DNA of 64,000 bases from positions 128,001-192,000 of the forward strand of contig JAGVWE010000003.1 of the NCBI GenBank assembly GCA_018304425.1, given 5' to 3'. Below, in pieces: positions 37,268 through 45,712 of the stretch. The notes below the pieces were generated by a model. It was given only the letters and a program-made list of their open reading frames with translations. It searched no databases and was not told the origin of the DNA. The position numbers and the translations under genes are program-made. The stretch's first letter is position 1. The number at the start of each line of letters is the position of its first letter. This DNA is from Candidatus Iainarchaeum sp. (GTDB lineage: Archaea; Iainarchaeota; Iainarchaeia; Iainarchaeales; UBA10219).

Positions 37268-38681
37268 TGACCACGGGGTTTTCGTTGCCGGCCGCGTGCA
37301 GGTAGTTCAAGGTGAACAAGTTCGCGTACAAGGGGTCGAGGGGGCCGGTGAGGGTGTACGAGCCGCTGCCGGCCGCGCGCACGGAGACGAAGTCCGAGGC
37401 CACGCTTTCGAGGCCGGAGAGGTCGTTGGGCGAGCGCAGCAGGGTGCTGTACTCCTGGTCACGCAAATAGACCACGAACAGGTAGCCCTGGGGCCCCAGG
37501 CCCTCGGTTAAGCTGGTTTCCAGGAATTTGGCGGCAGTCAGGGATTTGACGGTGCCACGGAAGAAGGCAATCCAGCCATGCCTTTCCACGACCACCTCAT
37601 CCAGGTGGGGGGCGAGGAGGCCCGCGATTTCGGGGTCCCTGGCGTCTGCCGGCACGCCGTAGACGAAGAAAACCGCCTTTTCCCCTGGGTGGAGGACGCG
37701 ACCGAAGCCGGTTCCAACCAGGGCGTCGAAGGTCTGGTAGCCGAAGAACAACAGGAGCAGCAGCCAGACGACCCGGTGGGGCACGGCGAAGCGGCGCAGG
37801 AAAAGCACCAGGCAGAGCAAGGAGAAGGCGAGCACGCTGAAGGCGTAGGTAGCTGCGATGGTGGCCCCGAACAGGTAGCTGCCCAGGAAGAGGATGCCGC
37901 CGGTGCCGAAGAGGGGGTAGAGGAATTCCTGCCAGGGCTTCAACGCGAGGCCGGAGCGGGCCTTGAGCCAGTAGAAGAGCAGCAGGCCGATGAGGAGTTG
38001 CGAGGCCGCGGTGAAAAAGTTTCCGTCCAGCATCACCACCAGGAGGCCGAAGGAAACAATCCCCCAAAGCATGGGGCGGACGTTGTGCTGCCCCGAATAG
38101 GCGGCCAGGCCTTCCTGGAGGGCGAAGTAGGCGGCGAAGAAGAGCATCACCAGGAGGGCCAGGGAAAAGAGGGCGGCAAAGGGAACGATGGCGTACATGG
38201 GTCTGCCGGTGTCGTATTTGAGGGGCGCACCCAGCCACTGCGTGACCTGGGACAACGCGATTTTCCCTTCATGGGTGTGGCCGAGGTAGCTGGCCTCCCA
38301 TTCGATGCGGTCACCTGAACCGATCAGGGTGCCAACAATGGAAGAAGAATCTTGCAGGGTGAAGCCTGGCACGGTCGTGTAGAGGACGAGGAAGTGCAGG
38401 AAGAAGCCGGTCAACGAGGCAAGGCAGACCATGTAGAGGAACCAGTGGAAGGGGTGCGGGTTGCGCAGGAAAAAAGCGGGAAGCCTGCCATGGTCTTTCA
38501 GGTGGAGCACGCCAAAGTAGAGCAGGAGCCAGCCGAAGAAGGCCAGGCTCTTGCCGAAGGAGTTGCCCTCGAAATAGGTCTTGGTGAAGGCATGCACGAG
38601 GAGTTCAACGGGTTTGAACAGGAAAGCCAGGACCAGCACGAACAGGGAGGCAAGCAGGGCGGTTTTCGCGTTAAAGGCCAT
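37257..38681 (-). CDS. Polytopic membrane protein
   Basis: About 10 hydrophobic segments, an external loop with HTHEGK, soluble C-domain. Confidence 0.75.
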   Translation of the reverse strand: MAFNAKTALLASLFVLVLAFLFKPVELLVHAFTKTYFEGNSFGKSLAFFGWLLLYFGVLHLKDHGRLPAFFLRNPHPFHWFLYMVCLASLTGFFLHFLVLYTTVPGFTLQDSSSIVGTLIGSGDRIEWEASYLGHTHEGKIALSQVTQWLGAPLKYDTGRPMYAIVPFAALFSLALLVMLFFAAYFALQEGLAAYSGQHNVRPMLWGIVSFGLLVVMLDGNFFTAASQLLIGLLLFYWLKARSGLALKPWQEFLYPLFGTGGILFLGSYLFGATIAATYAFSVLAFSLLCLVLFLRRFAVPHRVVWLLLLLFFGYQTFDALVGTGFGRVLHPGEKAVFFVYGVPADARDPEIAGLLAPHLDEVVVERHGWIAFFRGTVKSLTAAKFLETSLTEGLGPQGYLFVVYLRDQEYSTLLRSPNDLSGLESVASDFVSVRAAGSGSYTLTGPLDPLYANLFTLNYLHAAGNENPVVISR

Positions 38682-38742
38682 GGTATCCAGTGCCCGGCAA
38701 GCGAATAAAAACATATTTAAAGCCTTGAACCGTATTCCTTGC

Positions 38743-40116
38743 ATGGGGGAAACCAAAGCCATTGGCTTGCTGCTGGTCGTGTGCCTAGCGGCCTTGCTGG
38801 TCCCGTTCGCGCGGTTCGACCAATTCGTTTCCAGCGACTTGTGGGAAAGGCAACGGGTTTCCGCCGAGATACTGGAAAACGGTTTCGTCCCCGAAAAAAA
38901 CATGGCCTACTCGCCTTCGGCGCCGTTCCTCTACCCGCCCTCGTTTGACCTGCTGTTGTCGCTGGCGGTGGCGACGGGCGCAGACTACCTGTCAGCCGTG
39001 AAAGTGCTTTCGTTGGCCGTTGGAGTCTCGCTGGCGTTCTTTGCCTACCTGCTTTCCCGGCGGTTTTTCAGGCCCGAGATTGCCTTGTTGTCCGCGTTCT
39101 TCGTCTTCTTCATGCCGCGCGTGTTCCGGTTAAGCCTCCAGCCCATTCCGGAGACCCTGGGCCTGTTGTTGTTCGTGGTCACACTCTACTTTGCCTCCAC
39201 CAACCGGTTGAAGCTGGCCGGCTTGTTTGCTTCGGCGTTGATGTTCTACCACACGCGGTCCTTCTTCAACTTACTGCTGGTCAGCGGCATCCTGTTCCAC
39301 TCCCTGCACGGCGTGCAGGGACTCAAGAAGATGAAGTGGCTGCTGGCCTTGCCCCTGCTTTTTTCCCTGGCCTACTGGCTGGAGCGACTGCCTGCCGCGT
39401 TCAAGTCCACGCAGTTGCTGAACCCCTTTGTCTCCGAGTGGAGCCTCCTGCAAGTGCTGGGCCCCCAAGCCCTGCTGGCCGCCTTCTACCTGGTGTTCTG
39501 GTGGAAATACGCCCGCTACAAGCCCCTCATCCACTGGACCGGGGCCTTCGTCCTCTTGTACGTGGCGGCGCTGGGCACCGGCAACAAGACCCTGGCCTTC
39601 CGGGAACTGACTTACTTGTTTGTGCCGGTTGGCCTACTCTCCAGCGCCCTGGTATGGCGTTTACGGGCTTTAAAGGGCTTCATCGTGCCATTGGCCCTGC
39701 TTTTTTCGCTGGGCTACGCGTTTTACCTGAACTTTAACCCAGCCTATCCCCTCGAAAAAGAGGGCGTGCAAGCCCTTTCCATGGCTTCCCGACAAGGGTT
39801 TGGAGCCGTTTTAACCGATTTCGTGACCGGTTACGGGGTGCCAGGCATTGCCCACAAGAAAACCGTGATTGGCGCCTTCATGGAAAACCTACCGGACGCC
39901 AACCAGCGGCTCTTGGACGCCAAAGAATTCCTGTCCACTTCCAGCCCCGAAACCGCGGTGGCGCACATGAAAAAGTACCGGGCGGGAACGGCTTTCCTGG
40001 GCAGGCTGGCCGCCGAAAACCAGTGGGGCCTCGACACGGACTACACGAAATTCGATTCCCCTTCCTTCAACAAGGTGTACGACAACGCGTTCACGAAAGG
40101 CTACTCACTTACTTGA
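38743..40116 (+). CDS. GT-C-fold (ArnT/PMT/STT3-like) membrane glycosyltransferase-like protein
   Basis: SD.W loop, YPP motif, PETLG, many TMs, C-terminal soluble domain (VLTDF..GY). Confidence 0.7.
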   Translation: MGETKAIGLLLVVCLAALLVPFARFDQFVSSDLWERQRVSAEILENGFVPEKNMAYSPSAPFLYPPSFDLLLSLAVATGADYLSAVKVLSLAVGVSLAFFAYLLSRRFFRPEIALLSAFFVFFMPRVFRLSLQPIPETLGLLLFVVTLYFASTNRLKLAGLFASALMFYHTRSFFNLLLVSGILFHSLHGVQGLKKMKWLLALPLLFSLAYWLERLPAAFKSTQLLNPFVSEWSLLQVLGPQALLAAFYLVFWWKYARYKPLIHWTGAFVLLYVAALGTGNKTLAFRELTYLFVPVGLLSSALVWRLRALKGFIVPLALLFSLGYAFYLNFNPAYPLEKEGVQALSMASRQGFGAVLTDFVTGYGVPGIAHKKTVIGAFMENLPDANQRLLDAKEFLSTSSPETAVAHMKKYRAGTAFLGRLAAENQWGLDTDYTKFDSPSFNKVYDNAFTKGYSLT

Positions 40117-41457
40117 AGGCACGGGCTGCGCGGCCGGTGGCTGCTGGGGTTGTGCTCCGGAAACGGGTTGCGGTTTTTCCTGCACGGCTTCCTTGGAGGC
40201 GAAGACGGCCAGGCCATCGTTCAACAAAAACGAGTCCAGGGAACGCTGGTTGGCGTGCGTGATAATGGTTTGCATGACGGCCTCCTTTTCCGCCAAGAAC
40301 AACAGCACGTTCTTTTCCTTGCCCAAAACGAGGGCCACGATGCCTGAACCCTCGTGATCCAGCTCAATGCCGTTGACGGAAAGCGCGGGCTCCGTGGTCA
40401 AGCCGATGGCAGCCGCGTTCTCCCCCACCAGGTTCTTGGAACCGAAATCCGTGACAATGATTTGGTTGGCCGCGGCCGATGCCGGGCCCTGGCCCTGGCC
40501 CGGCGCCACGACATTGGCTTCCAAGCCCTTTCCGTCCAGCAGCCCCTTGAGGGCCAGCGCCACCCGCAGGAACTTCGGGGAATACACGATGTCCACGCGT
40601 CCCCTGAACAGGTAGGGGAAGTCCCTGAGCGAGGGCCGCTTGTTGGCGGAGACCAGCCACTGCGCGAGGTTGCTGGCGAACTGCTTGTTGCCGGCCGACT
40701 CGTTGAATTGGTCGCTCAAAAAGGTCTGGTCGCAGAGGGCAAGCACGCCCCCGTTCAAGGCGACCGGCGAAAACGAGGCCCGGGACTCGATGGCGGTTGA
40801 TTTCGTTCCCTTGGAGGAGAACACGATGCCTTTCTCGTTGGGCGCCACGCTGCACGCGATGTAAAAGGCGAGCTTCTTCACTCCCTTGAAGAGCGCGTTG
40901 CCCGCGAACTGGCTGAAGTACGGGTAGCGGAAGTTGCCGTCGTTTTCCCCGAAGTCATACAAGTAACCGGATTCGAAGAACAAGTCAAAGGCCGTGGCCA
41001 GGGAATTGGCTTGATGGCTTTTCTCGGGGTCCGCGATCAAAAGGATGCGGCCGCCCCGCGAAGCAAACCGCTGGACGACAACGATTTCCTGTTCCTGGAA
41101 CGCCTTGACCGACTGGATGGACACGAAGGCGCTGGCTTCCGCGAGCTTGTCCTCCAAGAGGTTCCCGTCCGCCACATACTCGACGCGGTAGCCCTTGGAG
41201 GCCAGGGAAGAAAAAAAGCCCGAGAAATTCCGTTCATCAAAGGCGTTGTCATGCGCCCGGTCCACCAAGACCATTCCGTCTCCTTGCGCGAACTTTTCCC
41301 TGAACTCCTGCACCGGGGCTTCCGGAACGGAAATGTCGAGGTTGTGGAGGACGGTCTTCGGCGGCACGTAAACGCCCCTATAGTACAAGAGGGCGTGGGC
41401 CGCCAAAACCAGCAAAACCAGGGCAACGAACAGTTTCACGTGCTTTTTTCCGTTCAT
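40105..41457 (-). CDS. Membrane-anchored DUF4350/GldG-like domain protein
   Basis: N-terminal TM; VLVDRAHDN; FASRGGRILLIADP; N.QFASNL..WL. Confidence 0.7.
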   Translation of the reverse strand: MNGKKHVKLFVALVLLVLAAHALLYYRGVYVPPKTVLHNLDISVPEAPVQEFREKFAQGDGMVLVDRAHDNAFDERNFSGFFSSLASKGYRVEYVADGNLLEDKLAEASAFVSIQSVKAFQEQEIVVVQRFASRGGRILLIADPEKSHQANSLATAFDLFFESGYLYDFGENDGNFRYPYFSQFAGNALFKGVKKLAFYIACSVAPNEKGIVFSSKGTKSTAIESRASFSPVALNGGVLALCDQTFLSDQFNESAGNKQFASNLAQWLVSANKRPSLRDFPYLFRGRVDIVYSPKFLRVALALKGLLDGKGLEANVVAPGQGQGPASAAANQIIVTDFGSKNLVGENAAAIGLTTEPALSVNGIELDHEGSGIVALVLGKEKNVLLFLAEKEAVMQTIITHANQRSLDSFLLNDGLAVFASKEAVQEKPQPVSGAQPQQPPAAQPVPSSK

Positions 41458-41459
41458 GT

Positions 41460-42314
41460 TCAGCCCTCGTGCTCCACGTACAAGAAGTAATTGGCCGGAA
41501 CCGTGTTGGTCTTCGGGCTCAACTGGTTTTCGTCGACGAACAACACGACTTGCACGCCCTGCTTCTTCTTGCCCATCCACTCGCTTACATCCCTCACCCG
41601 GTAATGGACGATGCCGGCGAGTTCCGCCGCCTTTTCGAGGGCGCGAATCCCCGAGCCGATTTCGTCGACCAAGCCGTACTTCACGGCCTCCATGCCCTTG
41701 TAGACCTGGGCTTCGGCGATGACTTCCTTGGGCAGCTTAAGCCTTCCCTGCCGTTGTTCGACGACGGCGTTGAGGAAGCTCTCCTTTATCAACTCCACTT
41801 GCCGCGCGTAGTGCCGCTTGCCGGTCCGCTGGCCCTTGAAGGGCCCGGTGATGATCTTGTTTTCGCCGACTTCCTCGGGCTCGGGCAACGACGAAATCAC
41901 GCCCACGCCCCCGATGTCACTGGAAGGCTTGGCGACCACGTAGTTGGCGGCCACCGAGGCATAGTAGGCGCCGCTGGCCGCAATCTGCTCGACTTCCACC
42001 ACCACGGGCTTGGCCTTCCGCAACTCCAGGAGGCTCAGGTAGAGGTCCTCGGAGGCCGCCGCTTCGCCGCCCGGGCTGTTGACCCTGACCACCACGGCCT
42101 TGATTTCCGGGTTCTCCCGGGCAAACCGCACCTGCTCGGAAAAGTCTTCGGCGAACGCGGAATTGATTTCGGCCTTCAAGTCCAGGGTGCCAATCACGGG
42201 CTGGGGCACGAGGTAAGAGGCCAATACCAGGCCAAACGCCAGGGCCAAGGCCATGGTCAAAGGCAGTGAGTGCCTGCGCCAAAAGCGTTTAACGGGTTCC
42301 CAGCTGTTCTCCAT
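41460..42314 (-). CDS. sppA: S49 family signal peptide peptidase
   Basis: AVVVRVNSPGG, AASGAYY catalytic Ser, GLVDEIG. Confidence 0.9.
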   Translation of the reverse strand: MENSWEPVKRFWRRHSLPLTMALALAFGLVLASYLVPQPVIGTLDLKAEINSAFAEDFSEQVRFARENPEIKAVVVRVNSPGGEAAASEDLYLSLLELRKAKPVVVEVEQIAASGAYYASVAANYVVAKPSSDIGGVGVISSLPEPEEVGENKIITGPFKGQRTGKRHYARQVELIKESFLNAVVEQRQGRLKLPKEVIAEAQVYKGMEAVKYGLVDEIGSGIRALEKAAELAGIVHYRVRDVSEWMGKKKQGVQVVLFVDENQLSPKTNTVPANYFLYVEHEG

Positions 42315-42376
42315 ACCTTACCGCTCCCGCACTAAAATAGCCTGGATTGAGTTTAAAAGGGTTTCACACGAGAAAT

Positions 42377-42565
42377 CTGGAAGCCCAGGCCAACGAAGAG
42401 AGGCCTACCGCCCCATTGAACCCTGCGGGTGAAATGGGGCACGTCCGCAAGTGCCAGTTGACCAGGGCAGTGTCCTGCAAGGCAGGACACGTTTCCCCGA
42501 AGACACAGTCTTCGGGGCCTCGTCCCCAAGGGGACAAGGTCGCAGGCCTTTTGTAAAAAGGCCTT
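42377..42565 (+). repeat. Tandem hairpin cluster / putative structured RNA upstream of tRNA-Val
   Basis: Five or more stems incl. 42410-42440, 42470-42490, 42495-42517, 42518-42539, 42544-42564; TTTAAAAG box at 42352. Confidence 0.6.
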
Positions 42566-42637
42566 GGGCGCGTGGTCTATCGGTATGACGTCGCCTTCAC
42601 ACGGCGGAGGTAGTCGGTTCAATTCCGGCCGCGCCCA
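42566..42637 (+). tRNA. tRNA-Val (CAC)
   Basis: GGGCGCG/CGCGCCC acceptor; TCGCC-TTCACAC-GGCGG anticodon arm; GTCGG-TTCAATT-CCGGC T-arm; T-rich tail. Confidence 0.93.
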
Positions 42638-42718
42638 TTTCTTCCCTTTTTTCCAAGTGCGTGGCCTGCGGTCGGCGAAGGCAAAAGGTTTTATGCACGC
42701 ACCCCCCACCAAGTATAT

Positions 42719-43183
42719 ATGAAGAAGGGAACGCCTGGATGGAATCCCCTGCAGAAGGGAAGGCGAACACCCAAGAGGAAACTGCGCCTGCTCGCGGCGA
42801 AGCGGCACGCGCCTCCCGCTGACGTAGTCGCGCGGATGTCCCCAGAGAAACAGTTGGCGTTCGCGGCCAGGGAACTACACATTTTCCACCAGGTGCCAAG
42901 GTTCCTGAGGGAAGCGATCTGCCGGCAGGTATTCGAGTACATGACGGATGAAGTGGCGCGGCTCAGCCGGGCGCGGATGCGGTTGGGCACGCGGCTGAGG
43001 CAGACCCGCGGGTCAGCCAAGGCAGTGGCACGCGCAAAAACCAAACTGGATGAATTGGATGCGGAAATCGGCTGGCTTGAAAAAATCCGGGATGAACCGT
43101 CCGAGCAATGGATAGAGGCCGAGAACTGGATCCGGGCGAAGCGCAGGGAACTCCTCAGGCAGGGCATCCTGAAAAAGGGGTAA
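42719..43183 (+). CDS. Arg/Lys-rich helical orphan protein
   Basis: TTTTATG box upstream; leaderless ATG; coiled-coil character. Confidence 0.6.
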   Translation: MKKGTPGWNPLQKGRRTPKRKLRLLAAKRHAPPADVVARMSPEKQLAFAARELHIFHQVPRFLREAICRQVFEYMTDEVARLSRARMRLGTRLRQTRGSAKAVARAKTKLDELDAEIGWLEKIRDEPSEQWIEAENWIRAKRRELLRQGILKKG

Positions 43184-43240
43184 GGCTGCCTGGGCCAGGC
43201 GAACCGTTTTAAGACCTTGGATGCAAGTGGAGTGGGAAAC

Positions 43241-43912
43241 ATGCTCGAATCCCTGCCAAGCCTTTCATTCGCCTTCCTGGCCCTCGCGTTGGGCTTCAAG
43301 CACAGCTATGACGCTGACCACATCGTGGCCGTTGCCAACCTCCTCCGAAAGTCGAAGTCGTTGCGGGAAGCCCTGGGCATGAGCGTCAGTTGGAGCCTGG
43401 GCCACATGCTCACGGCTTCCGGCATCACCGCGTTCCTCTACGTGTTCCGGGAATCCGTGCTCCGCTTGCTGCTCGAAAAATTCGAGTTGCTGGTGGCCGT
43501 GATGCTGATTGGCCTGGGCCTCTACAGCCTCTACGACTTGACGCGGTTCCACCGGCACGAGCACGAAGGCGAAAGCGGAAAGCACGCGCACCTCCACGTG
43601 CACGCGAAGAACGAGCAAGGCAGGCACCTGCACCAGCACATGTTCGGCATCGGCATCGTGCACGGCCTCGCCAGCAACGACGAACTCCTCATCCTCTTGA
43701 CGGCCTCGCTGGGCCTGAACTCCCTGGCCGGGATGCTGGCCGGAACCGCCTTGTTCAGCGTTGGAGTGGTTGCGGGCATGATGGTGTTTGCCGTGGTTTT
43801 CACGTACCCCTTGTTCCGCGCGCACTCCGACAAGCTCTACGCCGCGTTCACGGTGTTGGTAGCCCTGGCCAGCATAGCCTATGGCTGGTTGATGCTGCGC
43901 GGGCTGGCCTGA
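43241..43912 (+). CDS. NiCoT/UreH/RcnA-like nickel-cobalt transporter
   Basis: LGFKHSYDADH, GH, His-rich loop HRHEHE...HAHLHVH, GIVHGLAS. Confidence 0.85.
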   Translation: MLESLPSLSFAFLALALGFKHSYDADHIVAVANLLRKSKSLREALGMSVSWSLGHMLTASGITAFLYVFRESVLRLLLEKFELLVAVMLIGLGLYSLYDLTRFHRHEHEGESGKHAHLHVHAKNEQGRHLHQHMFGIGIVHGLASNDELLILLTASLGLNSLAGMLAGTALFSVGVVAGMMVFAVVFTYPLFRAHSDKLYAAFTVLVALASIAYGWLMLRGLA

Positions 43913-43955
43913 ACCGGGCGGGCAAAACCTTAATAACCCGTTAAGCCAATAATCT

Positions 43956-44044
43956 GCTGAGGGGCGACCCGGAAAAGGCGGCGCTAATTTCAAGCTCCCC
44001 AAGATTGAAATGCCGCGCAATAAGAAGGGCACGCGCTCCTTAGC
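43956..44044 (+). ncRNA. Novel structured RNA motif, copy 1 (5' leader of the beta-propeller gene)
   Basis: Long stem-loop with internal loops; homologous to 45543-45628 with covarying pairs; CCTTAATAA box at 43928-43936. Confidence 0.7.
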
Positions 44045-44066
44045 CACTTATTTGAGGCGCTCGGAC

Positions 44067-45140
44067 ATGAAGCTACCCCTTGCCACAGGCGTTTTGCTGC
44101 TTGTTTTGCTGCTGGGATGCACGAGCCCGCCAAAAACGGGGCCGGAGCGCGCGGTCTATGTCGCCAACGAAAAAGGCGCCAGTCTCTCGGTCGTTGATGC
44201 GGCAACCAACAAAGTCGTGGAAACGATTGCATTGGGCGGCCACCCGCACAACGTCAACGTGAGCGCCGACGGGAAATACTTCTTCGCCACCAACCACTCC
44301 GAAGACGAGGAAGAAGAAGCGGGGAAAAAGGAGGAAACAGAGCACGACGACCACCATGCCGGTGGCGAAAGCTTTGTCCGCATCCTGGACGCGCGAACGT
44401 TGCAACTCGTGAACTCGATTGCGCTGGAACAATTCGGCGCCCACGTCGTGCCAAGCCACGATGGCAGGAGCCTGTTCGCCTCTGACCAGGGCGCGGACTT
44501 CCTGGAAGTCCTTGACCTGGAGGAAGGCACCAGGCTGTCGCGCATCAAGACCGGGCATGGGCCGCACGGCTTCGTGGTGAGCCCGAACGACCAATTCGTT
44601 TACACGCCCAACGTGGCAAGCAACGACATAACGGTCATCGACGTTGCGGCGCAAGAAGCGATTGGGACCATTGTCCCGGAATACGGCGGACACGCCTGCG
44701 AAAAACCCGTGGCCATGGGCATTGACACAGGAGGCCGTTATGGTGTTGTTACTTGCGGCGGCAGCTTCGACGCCTACAAGATAGATTTCGCGGAAAAGAA
44801 AGCCGTAGGCCGCGTGGAGTTCAGGAAAGGGGAATACCCAGGCCCCATCCAAACACCCTTACACCCCGACGGAAAAACCCTCTACATCCCGGACATGCGG
44901 AACGGCGTGGTGCACAAGGTTGACTTCGAGTCCTTCAAGCTGTTGAAAGATATCCCTGTAGGAAAGGGCGCGCACGGCATCGCCTTCAGCGCCGACGGGA
45001 AAACGGCTTACATCACCCTGACCTGGGAGAACGCCCTGGCCGTCCTTGACCTGGCTACGGAGCAGGTCAGGGCCCGCATCCCGGTGGGCGAGGAACCCAA
45101 CGGCGTGGCCGTGCGGGGCGGAAAGAACCAGGGATGGTAG
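44067..45140 (+). CDS. YVTN/YncE-type beta-propeller lipoprotein with acidic His-rich insert
   Basis: LLGC leader; YVAN...PHN, GPHG, GAHGI, PNGV blade repeats; EDEEEE...HDDHH insert. Confidence 0.85.
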   Translation: MKLPLATGVLLLVLLLGCTSPPKTGPERAVYVANEKGASLSVVDAATNKVVETIALGGHPHNVNVSADGKYFFATNHSEDEEEEAGKKEETEHDDHHAGGESFVRILDARTLQLVNSIALEQFGAHVVPSHDGRSLFASDQGADFLEVLDLEEGTRLSRIKTGHGPHGFVVSPNDQFVYTPNVASNDITVIDVAAQEAIGTIVPEYGGHACEKPVAMGIDTGGRYGVVTCGGSFDAYKIDFAEKKAVGRVEFRKGEYPGPIQTPLHPDGKTLYIPDMRNGVVHKVDFESFKLLKDIPVGKGAHGIAFSADGKTAYITLTWENALAVLDLATEQVRARIPVGEEPNGVAVRGGKNQGW

Positions 45141-45142
45141 CG

Positions 45143-45470
45143 TCAAATGGATTGGACCGGGGGCGTTGTGCCGAAGAAGAAGGCAGCCGCTCCAACCAAA
45201 GCAAACAGGACTCCCATTCCCAGGAACACCCAGAAAAACAGGCTGCCGCCTCCAAGGAACGCCTCGACTGGTTGGGCTTCATATGGATTCCCTGGGTTGA
45301 CTTTTACCGCCAACGTTGAACCCGGTGAGTGTTCGTCCGCATAGCGTTGGGCGGCACCGTAATCGCCAGAACCGGGGGACGTGTAAGCGTTCGTGTATTC
45401 TTTTCCCTGATAAGTGAATTTGTATTTCAGGATGCTGCCCCACGCGATGCCGGTGTCCTTGACCCAGCCA
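45143..45470 (-). pseudogene. N-terminally truncated DUF3592-like paralogue
   Basis: Aligns to the C-terminal two-thirds of 45713-46216 (LKY.FT..GK.YTNA..SP.S.DYGAAQRY.DEH) but lacks the first TM and a clear start. Confidence 0.6.
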
Positions 45471-45542
45471 AGCCAGCCCAAGCCCCAGAAAGCCTTAATA
45501 AGCAGTTAGCGCCTATAATGTGATTGAAAGTGGTTGGAAAAA

Positions 45543-45628
45543 TAAGGAGCCACCTGGAAAAAGCGGTCCTCTTTCAAGCTCCCCAAGATTGAATCAAACC
45601 GCATAATAAGCAAGGCAACGGCTCCTTA
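45543..45628 (+). ncRNA. Novel structured RNA motif, copy 2 (free-standing)
   Basis: TAAGGAGCC...GGCTCCTTA closing stem; identical core TTTCAAGCTCCCCAAGATTGAA; CCTTAATAA box at 45493-45501. Confidence 0.7.
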
Positions 45629-45712
45629 CAATCCATTCGCCAGCTAGTTCTTCGAATACGGTTTCAAGGCAGCCAGCAGGCGACAAAAAAGGGGTTAACC
45701 TCCCTGCAGGGG

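Noticed and set aside
42377-42565. RNase P RNA, SRP RNA or 5S rRNA
   Set aside because: Lacks the GAGGAAAGUCC/P4 elements, the SRP helix-8 motif and the 5S conserved loops
43956-44044. Cobalamin, NiCo or T-box riboswitch identity
   Set aside because: Conserved boxes of those families are not recognisable by eye; kept as an unassigned motif
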